Assembly (NCBI RefSeq): GCF_003428155.1
Contig: NZ_QLIR01000010.1
Location: 1 to 32,000, forward strand
Source: Fastidiosibacter lacustris
GTDB lineage: Bacteria; Pseudomonadota; Gammaproteobacteria; Francisellales; Francisellaceae
Direction: 5' to 3'
Length of the DNA stretch: 32,000 bases
Both the position numbers and the translations under genes were made by a program. This document shows positions 10,262 through 19,754 of this stretch, in pieces. The notes under the pieces were generated by a model that did not search any database, was not told where the DNA came from, and was given only the letters and a program-made list of their open reading frames with translations. The first letter of the stretch is position 1; every line of letters begins with the position of its first letter.

Positions 10262-10945
10262 ATGCCTGCAACTTTTCAAATCAAGGGAAGTCTTTTTACG
10301 CTTAGTGTTTTGCAAATACTCAGTACCGATCTTGATGAAATTGAAAAACAGATTACGACAAAAATAAAACAGGCACCACAATTTTTTAACAATACGCCCA
10401 TGGTCATTGAGCTAACTGCTTTACCACAAACTGTAAAACTTGAGTTTATTCAATCCTTAACCGATATGCTCAAAAAACACACACTTCTGCCAGTTGGATT
10501 TAGGTTGCCAGATAATACACTTAATGAAGCCCTGCAAGCATATGGCTTTCCTGTTTTTAAAGAAGGAAAAAATGTCCCTGCTCCGATTGTTTCAGCCAAT
10601 AAATCCCATGTACTACAGCATAAAATCGTTGAGACAAGAATTCGATCAGGTCAGCAAGTGATCTCTCAAAACGGTGATTTAATCGTCTTATCCTCGGTGA
10701 GCCCTGGTGCTGAGTTGCTAGCTAGTGGTAATATTCACGTTTATGGTACATTACGGGGACGTGCAATTGCAGGCTTAGAAGGAAATACCAATGCGCGTAT
10801 CTTTTGTCACAAATTAGAAGCAGATCTTGTTTCTATAGCAGGGCAATATAAAATATTTGAGGAACCGGTTGCGCCCCTTAATAACAATAATAATGGCTAT
10901 CAAATCCAGTTAAAAGACGGTACAATCATGGTCAGCCAGATTTAG
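10262..10945 (+). CDS. minC: Septum site-determining protein MinC
   Basis: 227 aa immediately upstream of minD; C-terminal beta-helix signature RSGQQVISQNGDLIVLSSVSPGAELLASGNIHVYGTLRGRAIAG. Confidence 0.93.
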   Translation: MPATFQIKGSLFTLSVLQILSTDLDEIEKQITTKIKQAPQFFNNTPMVIELTALPQTVKLEFIQSLTDMLKKHTLLPVGFRLPDNTLNEALQAYGFPVFKEGKNVPAPIVSANKSHVLQHKIVETRIRSGQQVISQNGDLIVLSSVSPGAELLASGNIHVYGTLRGRAIAGLEGNTNARIFCHKLEADLVSIAGQYKIFEEPVAPLNNNNNGYQIQLKDGTIMVSQI

Positions 10946-10974
10946 AAGATGGGTCTTCCCAAATCAAAGTGTAA

Positions 10975-11859
10975 TTGAATCAAGGATTAAATATTGTGAG
11001 CAAAGAATCCAAACAAACGGGCATAAAAGAAACAAAAGATAAAAAGCGCGCCACTACTGTTGTTATCACCTCTGGTAAAGGTGGTGTCGGCAAAACTACA
11101 ACAAGTGCAGCAATTTCATTAGGACTCGCAATGAAAGGCTTTAAAACAGTCGTAATCGACTTTGACGTTGGACTACGCAATTTAGATCTTGTTATGGGGT
11201 GTGAGCGCCGAGTAGTTTACGATTTAATTAGCCTTATCAATAAAGAATCTAATATTAATCAAACCTTGATTAAGGATAAGCGCTCAGAGAATTTATTTAT
11301 ATTACCTGCTTCACAAACGCGAGACAAAGATGCCTTGACTGAGTCAGGGCTGGAAGAAATCATGAATGAGTTACATGAAACATTTGATTACGTTATTTGT
11401 GATTCACCCGCAGGTATTGAAAAAGGTGCATTAATGGCTATGTACTATGCTGATAAGGCGATCGTTGTCACAAATCCAGAGGTTTCTTCAGTGCGTGACT
11501 CAGATCGAATTATTGGTGTACTTGCCAGTAAAACCAAAAAAGCCAAAGAAAAAGGGGAATCTGTTGAAGCAAAGCTTTTGATCACACGCTATGATCCTCA
11601 ACGTGTAAGTCAAGGCGAAATGTTATCACTTGATGACGTTAAAGATGTGTTATCAATTCCATTACTTGGCGTAATCCCTGAGTCTAAAACTGTGCTTCAA
11701 GCTTCTAATTCTGGAGTACCTGTCACTGCTTATCAAGACAGTGAAGCAGGTCAAGCTTACTTAGATGCCATTGATCGTTTTTTGGGTCACGACAAACCAC
11801 TTCGCTTTATTACTCCTGAAAAGCAAAACTTTTTAAAGCGTTTATTTGGAGGAAAATAA
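10975..11859 (+). CDS. minD: Septum site-determining protein MinD (start codon uncertain)
   Basis: TSGKGGVGKTTTSAAISLGLA, IDFDVGLRNLDLVMGCERRVVYD, C-terminal amphipathic LKRLFGGK. The track start is TTG at 10975; an in-frame GTG is at 10996. Confidence 0.96.
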   Translation: MNQGLNIVSKESKQTGIKETKDKKRATTVVITSGKGGVGKTTTSAAISLGLAMKGFKTVVIDFDVGLRNLDLVMGCERRVVYDLISLINKESNINQTLIKDKRSENLFILPASQTRDKDALTESGLEEIMNELHETFDYVICDSPAGIEKGALMAMYYADKAIVVTNPEVSSVRDSDRIIGVLASKTKKAKEKGESVEAKLLITRYDPQRVSQGEMLSLDDVKDVLSIPLLGVIPESKTVLQASNSGVPVTAYQDSEAGQAYLDAIDRFLGHDKPLRFITPEKQNFLKRLFGGK

Positions 11860-11860
11860 C

Positions 11861-12160
11861 ATGGGGTTTTTAAATTATTTCAAAAATAAGCGCGTTGAAA
11901 AAAATAGCGCACATATTGCCAAAGAGCGCCTACAAATTATTGTTGCCCACCAACGCAATGAGCTAAGTGGTAAAAGCAATAAACCCGCATTCATTACCAA
12001 ACTTCAAGAGGAAATTCTGGAAGTGCTCAAAAAGTATGTTCATGTTGACCCCAAAGACATCAAAATTGAGGTCGATGATCAAGGGGATTGCTCAGTACTG
12101 GAATTAAACGTTACTATTCCTGAAGAAAGCAAACAGTTGAAACAGCAAATAAACACATAA
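11861..12160 (+). CDS. minE: Cell division topological specificity factor MinE
   Basis: MGFLNYFKNKR...SAHIAKERLQIIVAHQR; ATG at 11861 (codon 6 of the track ORF at 11846) is the probable start, right after the minD stop. Confidence 0.93.
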   Translation: MGFLNYFKNKRVEKNSAHIAKERLQIIVAHQRNELSGKSNKPAFITKLQEEILEVLKKYVHVDPKDIKIEVDDQGDCSVLELNVTIPEESKQLKQQINT

Positions 12161-12960
12161 TGTCAACTCATCAAAACTACGCCGTTTCTTTTGAGCACGT
12201 TTCTTTTTATCGCGGTGATAAATGTATTTATAAGGACTTATCGTGCACGATTCCAAAAGGTAAAATTACGGCTATACTTGGTCCATCTGGTACAGGAAAA
12301 ACAACACTTTTACATCTTATTGGACGATTAATAAAAGCCAATAGCGGTAACATCCAAGTTTTAAATCAAACTGTAAAAACCCTTAATAAAAAAGAACTGC
12401 TAGCGCTTCGTAAAAAAATGGGCGTTTTATTCCAATCAGGTGCTTTATTCACTCAGTTATCAGTTTTCGATAATGTGGCCTTCCCATTAAGACAAAACAG
12501 CAATTTAAGTGAGGATTTAATTCATAATCTAGTGCTTATGAAACTACAATCTGTTGGGTTAAGAGGAACAATTGATATGATGCCAAGCGAATTATCAGGC
12601 GGCATGGCAAGACGAGTGGCACTGGCACGCGCTATTGCACTTGATCCTGAGCTTATGTTATATGATGAACCATTTACTGGTCAGGATCCCATTTCCCTTA
12701 AGGTCATCCTCAGACTTATTAAAAGGTTAAATGATGCGCTTCGTATGACATCGGTCATTGTCTCACACGATATTGATGAAGTCATGAGTATTGCTGATCA
12801 TGTTATTATTGTTGCTAATCAGAAAGTTGCAATCGAAGGTTCGTCATTATCTATTCGTAATAGTAATGATCGTTTTGTATCACAATTCTTAACGGGTAAC
12901 ATCAATGGCCCTGTTGCCTTTGATTATCCTGCACCTGACTTCCTTGCAACGTTAAAATGA
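12160..12960 (+). CDS. mlaF: Phospholipid transport ABC ATP-binding protein
   Basis: GPSGTGKTTLLHLIG, ELSGGMARRVALARAIALDPELMLYDEP; start overlaps the minE stop (TAATG) and it is followed by mlaE and mlaD. Confidence 0.92.
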   Translation: MSTHQNYAVSFEHVSFYRGDKCIYKDLSCTIPKGKITAILGPSGTGKTTLLHLIGRLIKANSGNIQVLNQTVKTLNKKELLALRKKMGVLFQSGALFTQLSVFDNVAFPLRQNSNLSEDLIHNLVLMKLQSVGLRGTIDMMPSELSGGMARRVALARAIALDPELMLYDEPFTGQDPISLKVILRLIKRLNDALRMTSVIVSHDIDEVMSIADHVIIVANQKVAIEGSSLSIRNSNDRFVSQFLTGNINGPVAFDYPAPDFLATLK

Positions 12961-12972
12961 TGGGAAAAAACT

Positions 12973-13743
12973 ATGCTTAAACTCATCCAAGCACTTGGTC
13001 GAACGTCTTTAAATATAACAGCAAAAATTGGGCAATCAATTTTACTTACAATTGAAATAATTTGTGGACGCAGCAATATTCGTAACATCATCACGCAAAC
13101 TTATTACGTTGGTGTAAGCTCTGTTTTAATTATCCTGGTTTCTGCCTTGTTTATCGGTTTTGTTTTAGGACTACAAGGTTTTTATACATTAGCAAAATTC
13201 AGTGCTGAATCTGCATTAGGTCCTATGGTTGCACTAAGTATTATTCGTGAGCTTGGTCCTGTCGTTACCGCCCTTTTATTTGCAGGACGCGCAGGTAGTG
13301 CATTGACATCTGAGGTTGGACTTATGAAAGCAACTGAACAATTAGCCAGTTTAAATATGATGGGTGTTGATCCTGTGCGTTTTGTGTTAACACCTAGATT
13401 TTGGGCATGTGTGATTAGTGTGCCCATTTTAAATCTATTTTTTTGTACAATCTCAATTTGGGGTGGCTACTTAATTGGTGTAAAACTACTTGGGCTTTTC
13501 AGCGGCACTTTTTGGAGCAATATGCAAGCATCTGTTTTATTTTACGATGATGTCTTAAATGGTATTGCAAAAAGTATTGTTTTTGGAGTCGCCATTGCAA
13601 TTGTCTCACTTTATCAAGGCTATGCTTGTCATGCCAATTCAGCTGGTATCGCTAAAGCTACGACAAAAACTGTTGTCTATTCCTCCTTAACAGTCTTAGG
13701 ATTAGACTTTTTAATGACTGTTCTTATGTTCAAAGGAGTTTAA
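12973..13743 (+). CDS. mlaE: MlaE-type permease of phospholipid transport system
   Basis: 256 aa; GLQGFYTLAKFSAESALGPMVALSIIRELGPVVTALLFAGRAGSALTSEVGLMKATEQL is the MlaE signature. Confidence 0.93.
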   Translation: MLKLIQALGRTSLNITAKIGQSILLTIEIICGRSNIRNIITQTYYVGVSSVLIILVSALFIGFVLGLQGFYTLAKFSAESALGPMVALSIIRELGPVVTALLFAGRAGSALTSEVGLMKATEQLASLNMMGVDPVRFVLTPRFWACVISVPILNLFFCTISIWGGYLIGVKLLGLFSGTFWSNMQASVLFYDDVLNGIAKSIVFGVAIAIVSLYQGYACHANSAGIAKATTKTVVYSSLTVLGLDFLMTVLMFKGV

Positions 13744-13747
13744 CAAG

Positions 13748-14245
13748 ATGTATAAAAAATCATACGAACTACTGGTTGGTATTTTTGTGCTGTGCGGCAT
13801 CATCACGCTTGTATTTATGGCGCTCAAAGTCAGTGGTTTATCTTTGACAGAACTTAATAAGAATGTTTATAGAATTAATGCTCAGTTTCAAAATATAGGC
13901 AGTTTAAGGTCAGGTGCTGCTGTACGGATTGCTGGAGTCGAAATTGGCAAAGTCGAATCAATTAGCCTTAAACCTAGCTATAGCGGATTTATCGCCAATG
14001 TAATACTAAGCATTAATAAACAACACAATCAAATTCCAAGTAGTTATTCTGCTTCAATTGATACCAGTGGGATATTAGGTGAGAGTTTTATTTCACTCCA
14101 ACCTTCTCAGCTTGATTTACCAGATTTTTATGAAAGTAAATATCTACAAAACGGTAGCACAATAGAATTGTCTAATACTTCATCAGCCATTAATCTAAAC
14201 TCATTGATTAACACCTTTATTTCAGCTTCAGGAGATAAAAAATAA
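13748..14245 (+). CDS. mlaD: MCE-domain outer membrane lipid asymmetry protein
   Basis: 165 aa; N-terminal TM helix then NAQFQNIGSLRSGAAVRIAGVEIGKVESISL MCE motif. Confidence 0.92.
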   Translation: MYKKSYELLVGIFVLCGIITLVFMALKVSGLSLTELNKNVYRINAQFQNIGSLRSGAAVRIAGVEIGKVESISLKPSYSGFIANVILSINKQHNQIPSSYSASIDTSGILGESFISLQPSQLDLPDFYESKYLQNGSTIELSNTSSAINLNSLINTFISASGDKK

Positions 14246-14931
14246 TGTTTAAAAAAAATATTTTTTTACTGTGCAGTACAATACTATTAATACACATTCA
14301 TCCTAGCTTTGCCAATCATATACCCTCAACAAATTCACAAGTAAATCAAATTCAAAATCCCGTTGACCTCCTTCAAAACTCGATTGTCAGCACTCAAAAA
14401 ATTTTGATTGACTCAAAGAACACACTAAGCCAAGATCCCGAAGCGCTAATCAAACTAATTGACAATAAGATCATACCATTGTTAGCCATAGATGTGATTG
14501 CGCAGCTTTTAATTGGACGCGAACGCTGGCAATCTGCAAGCAAAGAAGAGCAGCAACAATTTATCACTAAAATTACTCAAATGCTCGCTTATTCTTATGC
14601 TGAAAATATCGCTCAAGCTGAAAATTATGACATTCAAATTCTTCCATTTAGCAATGACTCTTGGCAAGGGCAACGCCTAATCATTGTAACAGGTAAAATT
14701 ATTAATTTGCAAAATCATGCCTCATCTGATTTATTAATTAAGTTGTTAAAGGTTAGCAATAAATCAAATAAAGAAGAAGATATACCTCAATGGAAGATCT
14801 ACGACCTATCCGTAGCAGGTGTCAGTATATTGGATAACTTTAGAGCACAATTTAAAGACCACAAAAATTTAAAAGATATTAACTTAGCAATAGAGAAAAA
14901 GAATAATGAGCTTATTGATAAAAAGTCCTGA
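14245..14931 (+). CDS. mlaC: ABC transporter substrate-binding protein MlaC
   Basis: 228 aa with N-terminal signal sequence; MlaC/Ttg2D-like (REQQQFITKITQML..., WKIYDLSVAGVSILDNFRAQF); start overlaps the mlaD stop. Confidence 0.9.
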   Translation: MFKKNIFLLCSTILLIHIHPSFANHIPSTNSQVNQIQNPVDLLQNSIVSTQKILIDSKNTLSQDPEALIKLIDNKIIPLLAIDVIAQLLIGRERWQSASKEEQQQFITKITQMLAYSYAENIAQAENYDIQILPFSNDSWQGQRLIIVTGKIINLQNHASSDLLIKLLKVSNKSNKEEDIPQWKIYDLSVAGVSILDNFRAQFKDHKNLKDINLAIEKKNNELIDKKS

Positions 14932-15220
14932 TAGTTGGCAACTATCAGGAATTCTAACTGTGACTAATGTTAGTGAAATTGAAAAAAAAATTACGTGCAC
15001 TTTTAAGAACTTTGTTTCCAATGTATTGATTATTGATCTAGCTAATATCACCCAGATTGACAGTGCAGGTATTGCATTACTTTTAAAAATTATCCATCTT
15101 TGTCGCAAAAAAAACATTAAACTTCTATTTAAGAATTTTATGCTTGAAAATGCACAATCACTCATTAAAGTCCATAATTTGGATAAATTATTCCAACCTT
15201 TTTTAGCACAACCTATATAA
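14906..15220 (+). CDS. mlaB: STAS-domain protein MlaB
   Basis: 104 aa; VLIIDLANITQIDSAGIALLLKII STAS motif; overlaps the 3' end of mlaC by 26 nt. Confidence 0.85.
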   Translation: MSLLIKSPDSWQLSGILTVTNVSEIEKKITCTFKNFVSNVLIIDLANITQIDSAGIALLLKIIHLCRKKNIKLLFKNFMLENAQSLIKVHNLDKLFQPFLAQPI

Positions 15221-15236
15221 ATTCAAGAGAGGCTTT

Positions 15237-15491
15237 ATGACTACCAATGAACTCAAAACATGTATCGAACAAAAACTTGGTCACAATACAATCGCAATCG
15301 TTGAAAGCGATGATAATGTCCATTTCAGTGCTACTATTATTAGCGAATTATTTAATACTGTATTAAGCAAAGTCAAACAGCAACAGATTGTTTATACTGC
15401 AATAGATCAATATATCAAATCAGGTGAATTGCATGCTATTGCTATGAAAACCTACACTCCAGAAAAATGGGCGCAAGCACAAAACACTTAA
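15237..15491 (+). CDS. ibaG: BolA family protein, IbaG type
   Basis: 84 aa; HFSATIISELFNTVLSKVKQQQIVYTAIDQYIKSGELHAIAMKTYTPEKW; conserved position after the mla genes. Confidence 0.87.
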   Translation: MTTNELKTCIEQKLGHNTIAIVESDDNVHFSATIISELFNTVLSKVKQQQIVYTAIDQYIKSGELHAIAMKTYTPEKWAQAQNT

Positions 15492-15515
15492 TTTAAACTA
15501 ATTTGGAGCCAATCT

Positions 15516-15950
15516 ATGTCAAAAGTTACGTGGTCTATTCCAGTTATTGTCATGATGATCTTCACGATCATCAGCGTGCTCATTACCATATTTAGCAGAG
15601 TACAAGCATTACGCAAAAATCAAATTCCCATGAATGATTTTCGGACAATGGACTTTTGCAAAAAAGAAAATCCGTGGCTTGAAATTACATCCAGACACTT
15701 AGATAATCTATTTCAAATGCCTATTCTGTTTTACATTTGCTTTATTATTATCATGACTAACGCTGAGCTTATGCAAATTACTTACTTTCTTGTGTTAGGG
15801 TGGTTATTTGTTTCCTTTCGGATTATCAACTCAATCATCCATCTGACTATTAACGACTTAAGTCTCAGATTGTTTTCGTTTTTGTTATCACTAGCATTCT
15901 TATTCACCATGATTGTAATGCTGTTTATTGAGTTATTAAAAACAAATTAA
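15516..15950 (+). CDS. MAPEG-like integral membrane protein
   Basis: 144 aa, about four hydrophobic helices; RHLDNLFQMPILFYICFIIIM...LGWLFVSFRIINSIIHL resembles MAPEG proteins. Confidence 0.6.
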   Translation: MSKVTWSIPVIVMMIFTIISVLITIFSRVQALRKNQIPMNDFRTMDFCKKENPWLEITSRHLDNLFQMPILFYICFIIIMTNAELMQITYFLVLGWLFVSFRIINSIIHLTINDLSLRLFSFLLSLAFLFTMIVMLFIELLKTN

Positions 15951-16327
15951 TTTCTAGTATCAATTTTAAAATATTGATGGTCAATTGACCACGAACGATA
16001 CAATACATTATAAGTATTAACTGATACTGCATTTAAACTCGATTGGTATAAAGTCTCATAGGCTTTGGCTGAACTTATTTCAGTAGGTCCTAATAATTCA
16101 ATGTTGTATTTTCGGCACCACTTTCTGACTGTTGTACTTTTAAAGCCAAAACGACCTGCTACATCTTCATAGCTTAAACCCTCTGCTGAATAATCTCTTA
16201 ACACATCTTCTGCTGAGCGACCATATTTTCTAGATAAAATAATCTCAAAACTTTGTGAATATTGATTTGCCATAGCGTTAATTCTCCTACTTCCTTCATA
16301 AACATCATATCCATCAATTTGATTCAA
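15947..16327 (-). CDS. Helix-turn-helix domain protein
   Basis: 126 aa; VLRDYSAEGLSYEDVAGRFGFKSTTVRKWCRKYNIEL is a plausible sigma-region-4/Trp-repressor-like HTH. Confidence 0.55.
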   Translation of the reverse strand: MNQIDGYDVYEGSRRINAMANQYSQSFEIILSRKYGRSAEDVLRDYSAEGLSYEDVAGRFGFKSTTVRKWCRKYNIELLGPTEISSAKAYETLYQSSLNAVSVNTYNVLYRSWSIDHQYFKIDTRN

Positions 16328-16451
16328 AACTAACTTAATAATTTCTTGGATGTTTAAAATTCACTATCGTAATCTAACTTTGCGTTAATTTAACTTTAAT
16401 CTTTTATAAATATCTAAAGCCCTGCCATTCGTCAAGCACTTCCGTTTTTTC

Positions 16452-17369
16452 TTAGCAATTTAATTGATTTTTGTTCAATAAACACACAATTCCAATAATG
16501 CCTGACTTATTACCAAATCTCGCTGGTAAGATTTTAGTTTGTCGATATATATCTAAAACATATGACTGAAAACTCACTTCAACTCTCTTAATCAAAGCTT
16601 TATCCTCAGAAATTGCACCACCAATAATAATGGCTTGTGGAGCTAACACATGTGTTAATGATGCAAGCCCAGGAACAAGCTGATTAAGATAGGCATTCAA
16701 GGTTTTTTCAGCCAGATCGTCTGCTTTTGCAAGTTGTTGTTTAAACATAAGGTAAGTTGCTTTATCATTATGTACCGCATCGCAATATAATTTTAGTAAT
16801 GCTTTTGCAGAAGCATATGACTCCCAGGCACCTTTAATCAAACTATTTTTATTTTCTTCATTAAGTTTTGTAATAATATAACCTACCTCACCTGCTGCAT
16901 TATTTTGTCCACGATATAACTGCCCATTTAGTATAAGCGCTCCACCAATGCTCGTTCCCAATGTAATAAATATGTAATCTTTAAAGCCATTCTTTCCAAA
17001 AGCAAGCTCACTTAATGCAGCAGCTTTAACATCATTTTCCATCACAACAGGTAAATGTGTAAGCGCCGTTAAAGCTGATACTAAAGGATAATTAACAAGA
17101 GACTTGACATAATTCGAACCATAACTAATACAACCACGTTTCATATCAACAACACCATGTGTGGAAATCCCTATTCCCTTTATTGAATAATTTGCTTTTT
17201 GCATATTGTATATTTCAACAAATCGGGAAATAAGTGACTCTGGTGAGTGTATTTCTCCAGTTTGATATTGGTCAAAGTATAAAACTCTACCGTTATTGGT
17301 TATGATACCATATTTGGTATAACTTCCCCCTAAGTCGAAACATAAATAGCACAGTTTTTTTGATTCCAT
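16452..17369 (-). CDS. ROK family sugar kinase/transcriptional regulator-like
   Basis: 305 aa; CFDLGGSYTKYGIITNNG, GISTHGVVD, FITLGTSIGGALILNGQLYRGQNNAAGEVGYI, PQAIIIGGAIS. Confidence 0.85.
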   Translation of the reverse strand: MESKKLCYLCFDLGGSYTKYGIITNNGRVLYFDQYQTGEIHSPESLISRFVEIYNMQKANYSIKGIGISTHGVVDMKRGCISYGSNYVKSLVNYPLVSALTALTHLPVVMENDVKAAALSELAFGKNGFKDYIFITLGTSIGGALILNGQLYRGQNNAAGEVGYIITKLNEENKNSLIKGAWESYASAKALLKLYCDAVHNDKATYLMFKQQLAKADDLAEKTLNAYLNQLVPGLASLTHVLAPQAIIIGGAISEDKALIKRVEVSFQSYVLDIYRQTKILPARFGNKSGIIGIVCLLNKNQLNC

Positions 17370-17540
17370 AATTTCCTTTAATTTTCTTTCAAAGAATATG
17401 TAATATCATGCGTGTCATATTGACTAAAGTACATTGCACCCGCAATAGATTCTTCCCTTATTTAACATAAAAATGCTACTCCTTGTTAAGGATAATCATT
17501 TTAAAACATCATCTTTTTACATAAAACAAAAACAACAACA

Positions 17541-17569
17541 TTGAAAATTTAGTCCTAATCCATTAGAAT
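17541..17569 (+). promoter_or_regulatory. Putative sigma70 promoter for rpsA
   Basis: TTGAAA - 17 nt - TAGAAT, about 100 nt upstream of the rpsA start at 17668. Confidence 0.45.
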
Positions 17570-17667
17570 CTGTCCACCTTTTTGGCTGGGTTTATGCAAA
17601 TTACCAGTGAATGCGTAAATTCAATGTATAACTAACCACTGGCTTAAGACATATTTGGAAATAAACC

Positions 17668-19329
17668 ATGACTGAAAATTTTAAAGACCTCTTTGAAGCC
17701 TCACTAAAAGAAACTGAAATGCGTGTTGGTAAGATTATTAAAGCAACCGTTGTTGCGATTGATCGCGAGTTTGCATGGATTGACGCCGGCTTAAAATCTG
17801 AATCAATCGTGTCTCTTGATCAATTCAAAAGCGATCAAGGTGAAATTGAAGTTCAAATAGGGGATAAAATAGACGTAGTGCTTGATGCACTTGATAATAG
17901 CTTCGGTGAAACTCGTCTATCACGCGAAAAAGCAAAACGAATCGAAGTGTGGAATGACCTTGAGAAAGCCTGTGATGAACAAGAAACTATCCTTGGTCGC
18001 ATTACCAATCATGTCCGTGGTGGCTATACTGTTGAAGTTAAAGGTTTGCGCGCATTCTTACCAGGTTCTTTGGTAGATGTTCGTCCACTTCGTGATACTT
18101 CTCACTTAGAAGATAGAGAAATTGAACTTAAAATTGTCAAACTTGATACTAAACGTAACAACATTGTTGTTTCACGTCGCGCTGTTATCGAAGCTGAAAC
18201 CCAAGAAGACCGCAATGCACTATTTGAAAAATTAAGTGAAGGCGCTGTTGTTAAAGGTGTAGTTAAAAACATCACAGACTTTGGTGCATTTATTGATCTT
18301 GGCGGTGTAGATGGTTTATTACACATTACTGATATGTCTTGGAGTCGCATTAAACACCCAAGTGATATGCTTAAATTAGGTGATGAAATTGATGTCAAGA
18401 TCATTAAATTTGACAATGATAAAGGTCGTATTTCCCTAGGCATTAAACAATTAGGTGAAGATCCTTGGGCCAGTGTTGCTGAAGAGCTTGCTGTTGGGAC
18501 CAAACTTATGGGTAAAATTACTAACATCACTGATTATGGTTGCTTTGTTAAGCTTAAAGAAGGTATTGAGGGCTTGGTGCATACTTCAGAAATGGATTGG
18601 ACAAACAAAAATGCTAACCCTCACAAGATTATCTCTTTAGGTCAAGAAGTTGAAGTTATGGTCCTTGAAGTAGATGCTTCTCGTCATCGTATTTCACTTG
18701 GTATGAAGCAATGTATCATCAACCCATGGCAAGCCTTTGCCAATGCTCACAAACCAGGTGACAAAGTCAAAGGTAAGATCCGTTCCATCACTGATTTTGG
18801 TATTTTTATTGGTTTAGATGGTAATATCGATGGGCTTGTTCATATTTCTGACGTTGCATGGAATAAACCAGAAGATACCGTAAAACAGTTTAAAAAGGGA
18901 GAAGAAATCGAAGCTGTTATGCTGTCTGTAGATATTGAGCGTGAGCGCATTGCTTTAGGTATTAAGCAGCTTTCTGAGGATCCATTTACTCAATACACAA
19001 CTGCTAATGACAAAGGCGTAAAAGTAACTGGTAAGGTAACATCTGTTCAACAAAATGGTGCTACTGTTGAATTAGCACCTGAAATTGAAGGTTTTATCCG
19101 TGTCGCTGATATTTCTCGTAATCATGTGGAAGATGCACGTCATGAACTTAAAGTAGGTCAAGAAGTTGAGGCGCGTATTAGCAATATTGATACTAAACGT
19201 CGTAGCATTAACCTTTCAATCAAAGGCTTAGATGAAGACATCGAAAAAGCAGCAAAGTTAAACTATAAAGCTGAACAAATGACTCCAACTACAATTGGAG
19301 ATCTAATTAAAGAAAAGTTAAATAAATAA
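17668..19329 (+). CDS. rpsA: 30S ribosomal protein S1
   Basis: 553 aa; repeated S1 domains (e.g. [42 protein letters not shown]). Confidence 0.97.
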   Translation: MTENFKDLFEASLKETEMRVGKIIKATVVAIDREFAWIDAGLKSESIVSLDQFKSDQGEIEVQIGDKIDVVLDALDNSFGETRLSREKAKRIEVWNDLEKACDEQETILGRITNHVRGGYTVEVKGLRAFLPGSLVDVRPLRDTSHLEDREIELKIVKLDTKRNNIVVSRRAVIEAETQEDRNALFEKLSEGAVVKGVVKNITDFGAFIDLGGVDGLLHITDMSWSRIKHPSDMLKLGDEIDVKIIKFDNDKGRISLGIKQLGEDPWASVAEELAVGTKLMGKITNITDYGCFVKLKEGIEGLVHTSEMDWTNKNANPHKIISLGQEVEVMVLEVDASRHRISLGMKQCIINPWQAFANAHKPGDKVKGKIRSITDFGIFIGLDGNIDGLVHISDVAWNKPEDTVKQFKKGEEIEAVMLSVDIERERIALGIKQLSEDPFTQYTTANDKGVKVTGKVTSVQQNGATVELAPEIEGFIRVADISRNHVEDARHELKVGQEVEARISNIDTKRRSINLSIKGLDEDIEKAAKLNYKAEQMTPTTIGDLIKEKLNK

Positions 19330-19340
19330 ACTTTAACTCA

Positions 19341-19364
19341 AAGCAGCCTTAAGGCTGCTTTTTT
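19341..19364 (+). terminator. Rho-independent terminator after rpsA
   Basis: AAGCAGCCTTAAGGCTGCTT perfect inverted repeat followed by TTTT(G)TTTT, 11 nt after the rpsA stop. Confidence 0.9.
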
Positions 19365-19433
19365 GTTTTCACAAGCAAACAACACGAATAACCTTATGAA
19401 AATTAAGCACCCATTTCAATATATACTTTAACC

Positions 19434-19754
19434 ATGTCAAATTTTCATATGCTTTTAGATGATAATGGCTTTTTAAAAAATTATACACAATGGTCTATTG
19501 AGCTTGCGGAATACTTTGCAAAACAAGAAGACATTTTATTAACACCATCACATTGGAAAGTTATTTATTTTCTACGTGACTACTATCAATGTCATCAAAA
19601 CTCACCTGCCATCCGTTTACTGGTAAAATCACTTAAAGAAAAACATGGGTCTGAAATTGGCAATAGCCTTTATCTGCAATCACTCTTTCCAATTTCACCT
19701 GCAGTCCAATCTGCTAGAATTGCAGGATTACCTAAGCCTAAAAGGTGTATTTAA
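19434..19754 (+). CDS. tusE: DsrC/TusE family sulfur relay protein
   Basis: 106 aa; DDNGFLKNYTQWSIELAEYFAKQEDILLTPSHWKVIYFLRDYY...LFPISPAVQSARIAGLPKPKRCI with conserved C-terminal Cys. Confidence 0.87.
   Translation: MSNFHMLLDDNGFLKNYTQWSIELAEYFAKQEDILLTPSHWKVIYFLRDYYQCHQNSPAIRLLVKSLKEKHGSEIGNSLYLQSLFPISPAVQSARIAGLPKPKRCI

Noticed and set aside
10980-15165. Minus-strand ORFs at 10980, 13182 and 14884
   Set aside because: Antisense to minD, mlaE and mlaC/mlaB respectively, without recognisable features.
17882-18640. ORFs at 17882 (+), 18102 (-) and 18455 (+)
   Set aside because: Embedded in rpsA; repeated S1 domain codons generate long alternative frames.
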